In this document: positions 63,308 through 64,000 of the stretch, one piece after another
Layout of the letters: each line of letters begins with the position of its first letter
How positions within the stretch are numbered: the first letter of the stretch is position 1
DNA from: a virus
Lineage: Duplodnaviria > Caudoviricetes
DNA length: 64,000 nt
Reading direction: 5' to 3' (one strand)
IMG/VR virus record: IMGVR_UViG_3300021962_000022
Translations under genes and position numbers: made by a program
Notes under the pieces: generated by a model
The model's input: the letters and a program-made list of their open reading frames with translations, nothing else
What the model was told of the DNA's origin: nothing
Databases searched by the model: none

Positions 63308-64000
63308 ATGAAAATACACGCACATATATTAGCTTGGAATGAGGAAAGAATACTTCCATTTACATTAGATTATTACAGCACCATTTGTGAGAAAATATTC
63401 ATCTACGATAATATGTCAACAGACTCGTCAGATGAGATTTATAAAAAGTACCCAAAAGTAGAAGTCACTAAATGGGACAGTGGTAATGAAATAAATGAGA
63501 TTAATTACGTCAATATAAAATCCGAAGAATATAAAAAACGAAGCAGAGGTCAAGGTGTTGACTGGGTTATTGTTTGTGACTGTGATGAATTTATTTATCA
63601 TGAAAATCTATTGGATAAATTAAACGAGTACAAACAATTAGGTATAACCGTACCGAGAATTGATGGTCACGATATGGTGAGCACGGAATTTCCAAAATAT
63701 GACGGGGAATTGATTACAACTAAAATAAAAACCGGTTCTAAAACATATGAACCTATGTGTAAAAACATAATATTCCATCCTGATTTGGATATCAAATACG
63801 GAATTGGTGGTCACAGTTTTAATTCCGTAGATGGAAAATTCTCAGATGAGAGAGAAATAAAACTTTTACATTATAAATTTTTAGGTAAGGAGTATGTAAA
63901 AAACATTTATATCTCGAGAGCTAAGAGATTGTCTTCTTTCAACAAGCAACATAAATTTGGTGAACATTATTTCAATCTACCTTTCAATTATATGGATACC
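63308..64000 (+). CDS. glycosyltransferase family 2-like (partial; runs off the window)
   Basis: MKIHAHILAWNEERILPF...IYDN.STD...WVIVCDCDEF, translated by hand. Confidence 0.8.
   Translation, partial: MKIHAHILAWNEERILPFTLDYYSTICEKIFIYDNMSTDSSDEIYKKYPKVEVTKWDSGNEINEINYVNIKSEEYKKRSRGQGVDWVIVCDCDEFIYHENLLDKLNEYKQLGITVPRIDGHDMVSTEFPKYDGELITTKIKTGSKTYEPMCKNIIFHPDLDIKYGIGGHSFNSVDGKFSDEREIKLLHYKFLGKEYVKNIYISRAKRLSSFNKQHKFGEHYFNLPFNYMDT

Noticed and set aside
1-64000. Stop-codon reassignment as in some jumbo phages
   Set aside because: Known enzymes (ThyA, GSII, UvrD, MgsA) are full length in the standard code and coding density is high.
1-64000. tRNA, rRNA or tmRNA genes
   Set aside because: No cloverleaf with a T-loop GTTCRA and acceptor stem, and no rRNA-like tracts, were found by eye; tRNAscan-SE/ARAGORN would be decisive.

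Overview
This is a 64-kb segment of a large, AT-rich lytic phage genome, probably a T4-like jumbo phage of a Bacteroidota host. Host evidence is more than 15 promoters matching TTTG-N19/20-TAnnTTTG and several lipoprotein signal peptides. Phage evidence is the dense small ORFans and a gp23-derived gene. The standard genetic code reads through cleanly, and I saw no tRNA, rRNA, CRISPR-cas, integrase or transposase. Block 1 (1-14.9 kb, + strand) is an early-type region of short operons separated by near-interchangeable terminator/promoter spacers. It alone carries about 30 copies of a polar motif (approx. RAWWTWGKTTGGC) and 9 exact copies of TGTATGACA; these end in a tandem array and a non-coding strand-switch zone beside a small histone-H1-tail/AP2-like DNA-binding gene. 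Block 2 (15-58.9 kb, mostly - strand) holds ORFans and accessory enzymes: CCA-adding enzyme, LpxH-like hydrolase + GT2, UvrD helicase, aminotransferase, MgsA, nucleotidases, a modular lysin, PcfJ-like paralogues, an Acb1-like 2H phosphodiesterase, a CxxCH lipoprotein, ThyA and glutamine synthetase II. Block 3 (58.9-64 kb, mostly + strand) has a DNA methyltransferase, a miniature permuted gp23-like gene and a glycosyltransferase cluster. A second promoter class (TATTTAT[A/T/C]) marks probable late genes. Family and DUF names come from motif recognition by eye or memory, not database searches, and all counts are by eye.
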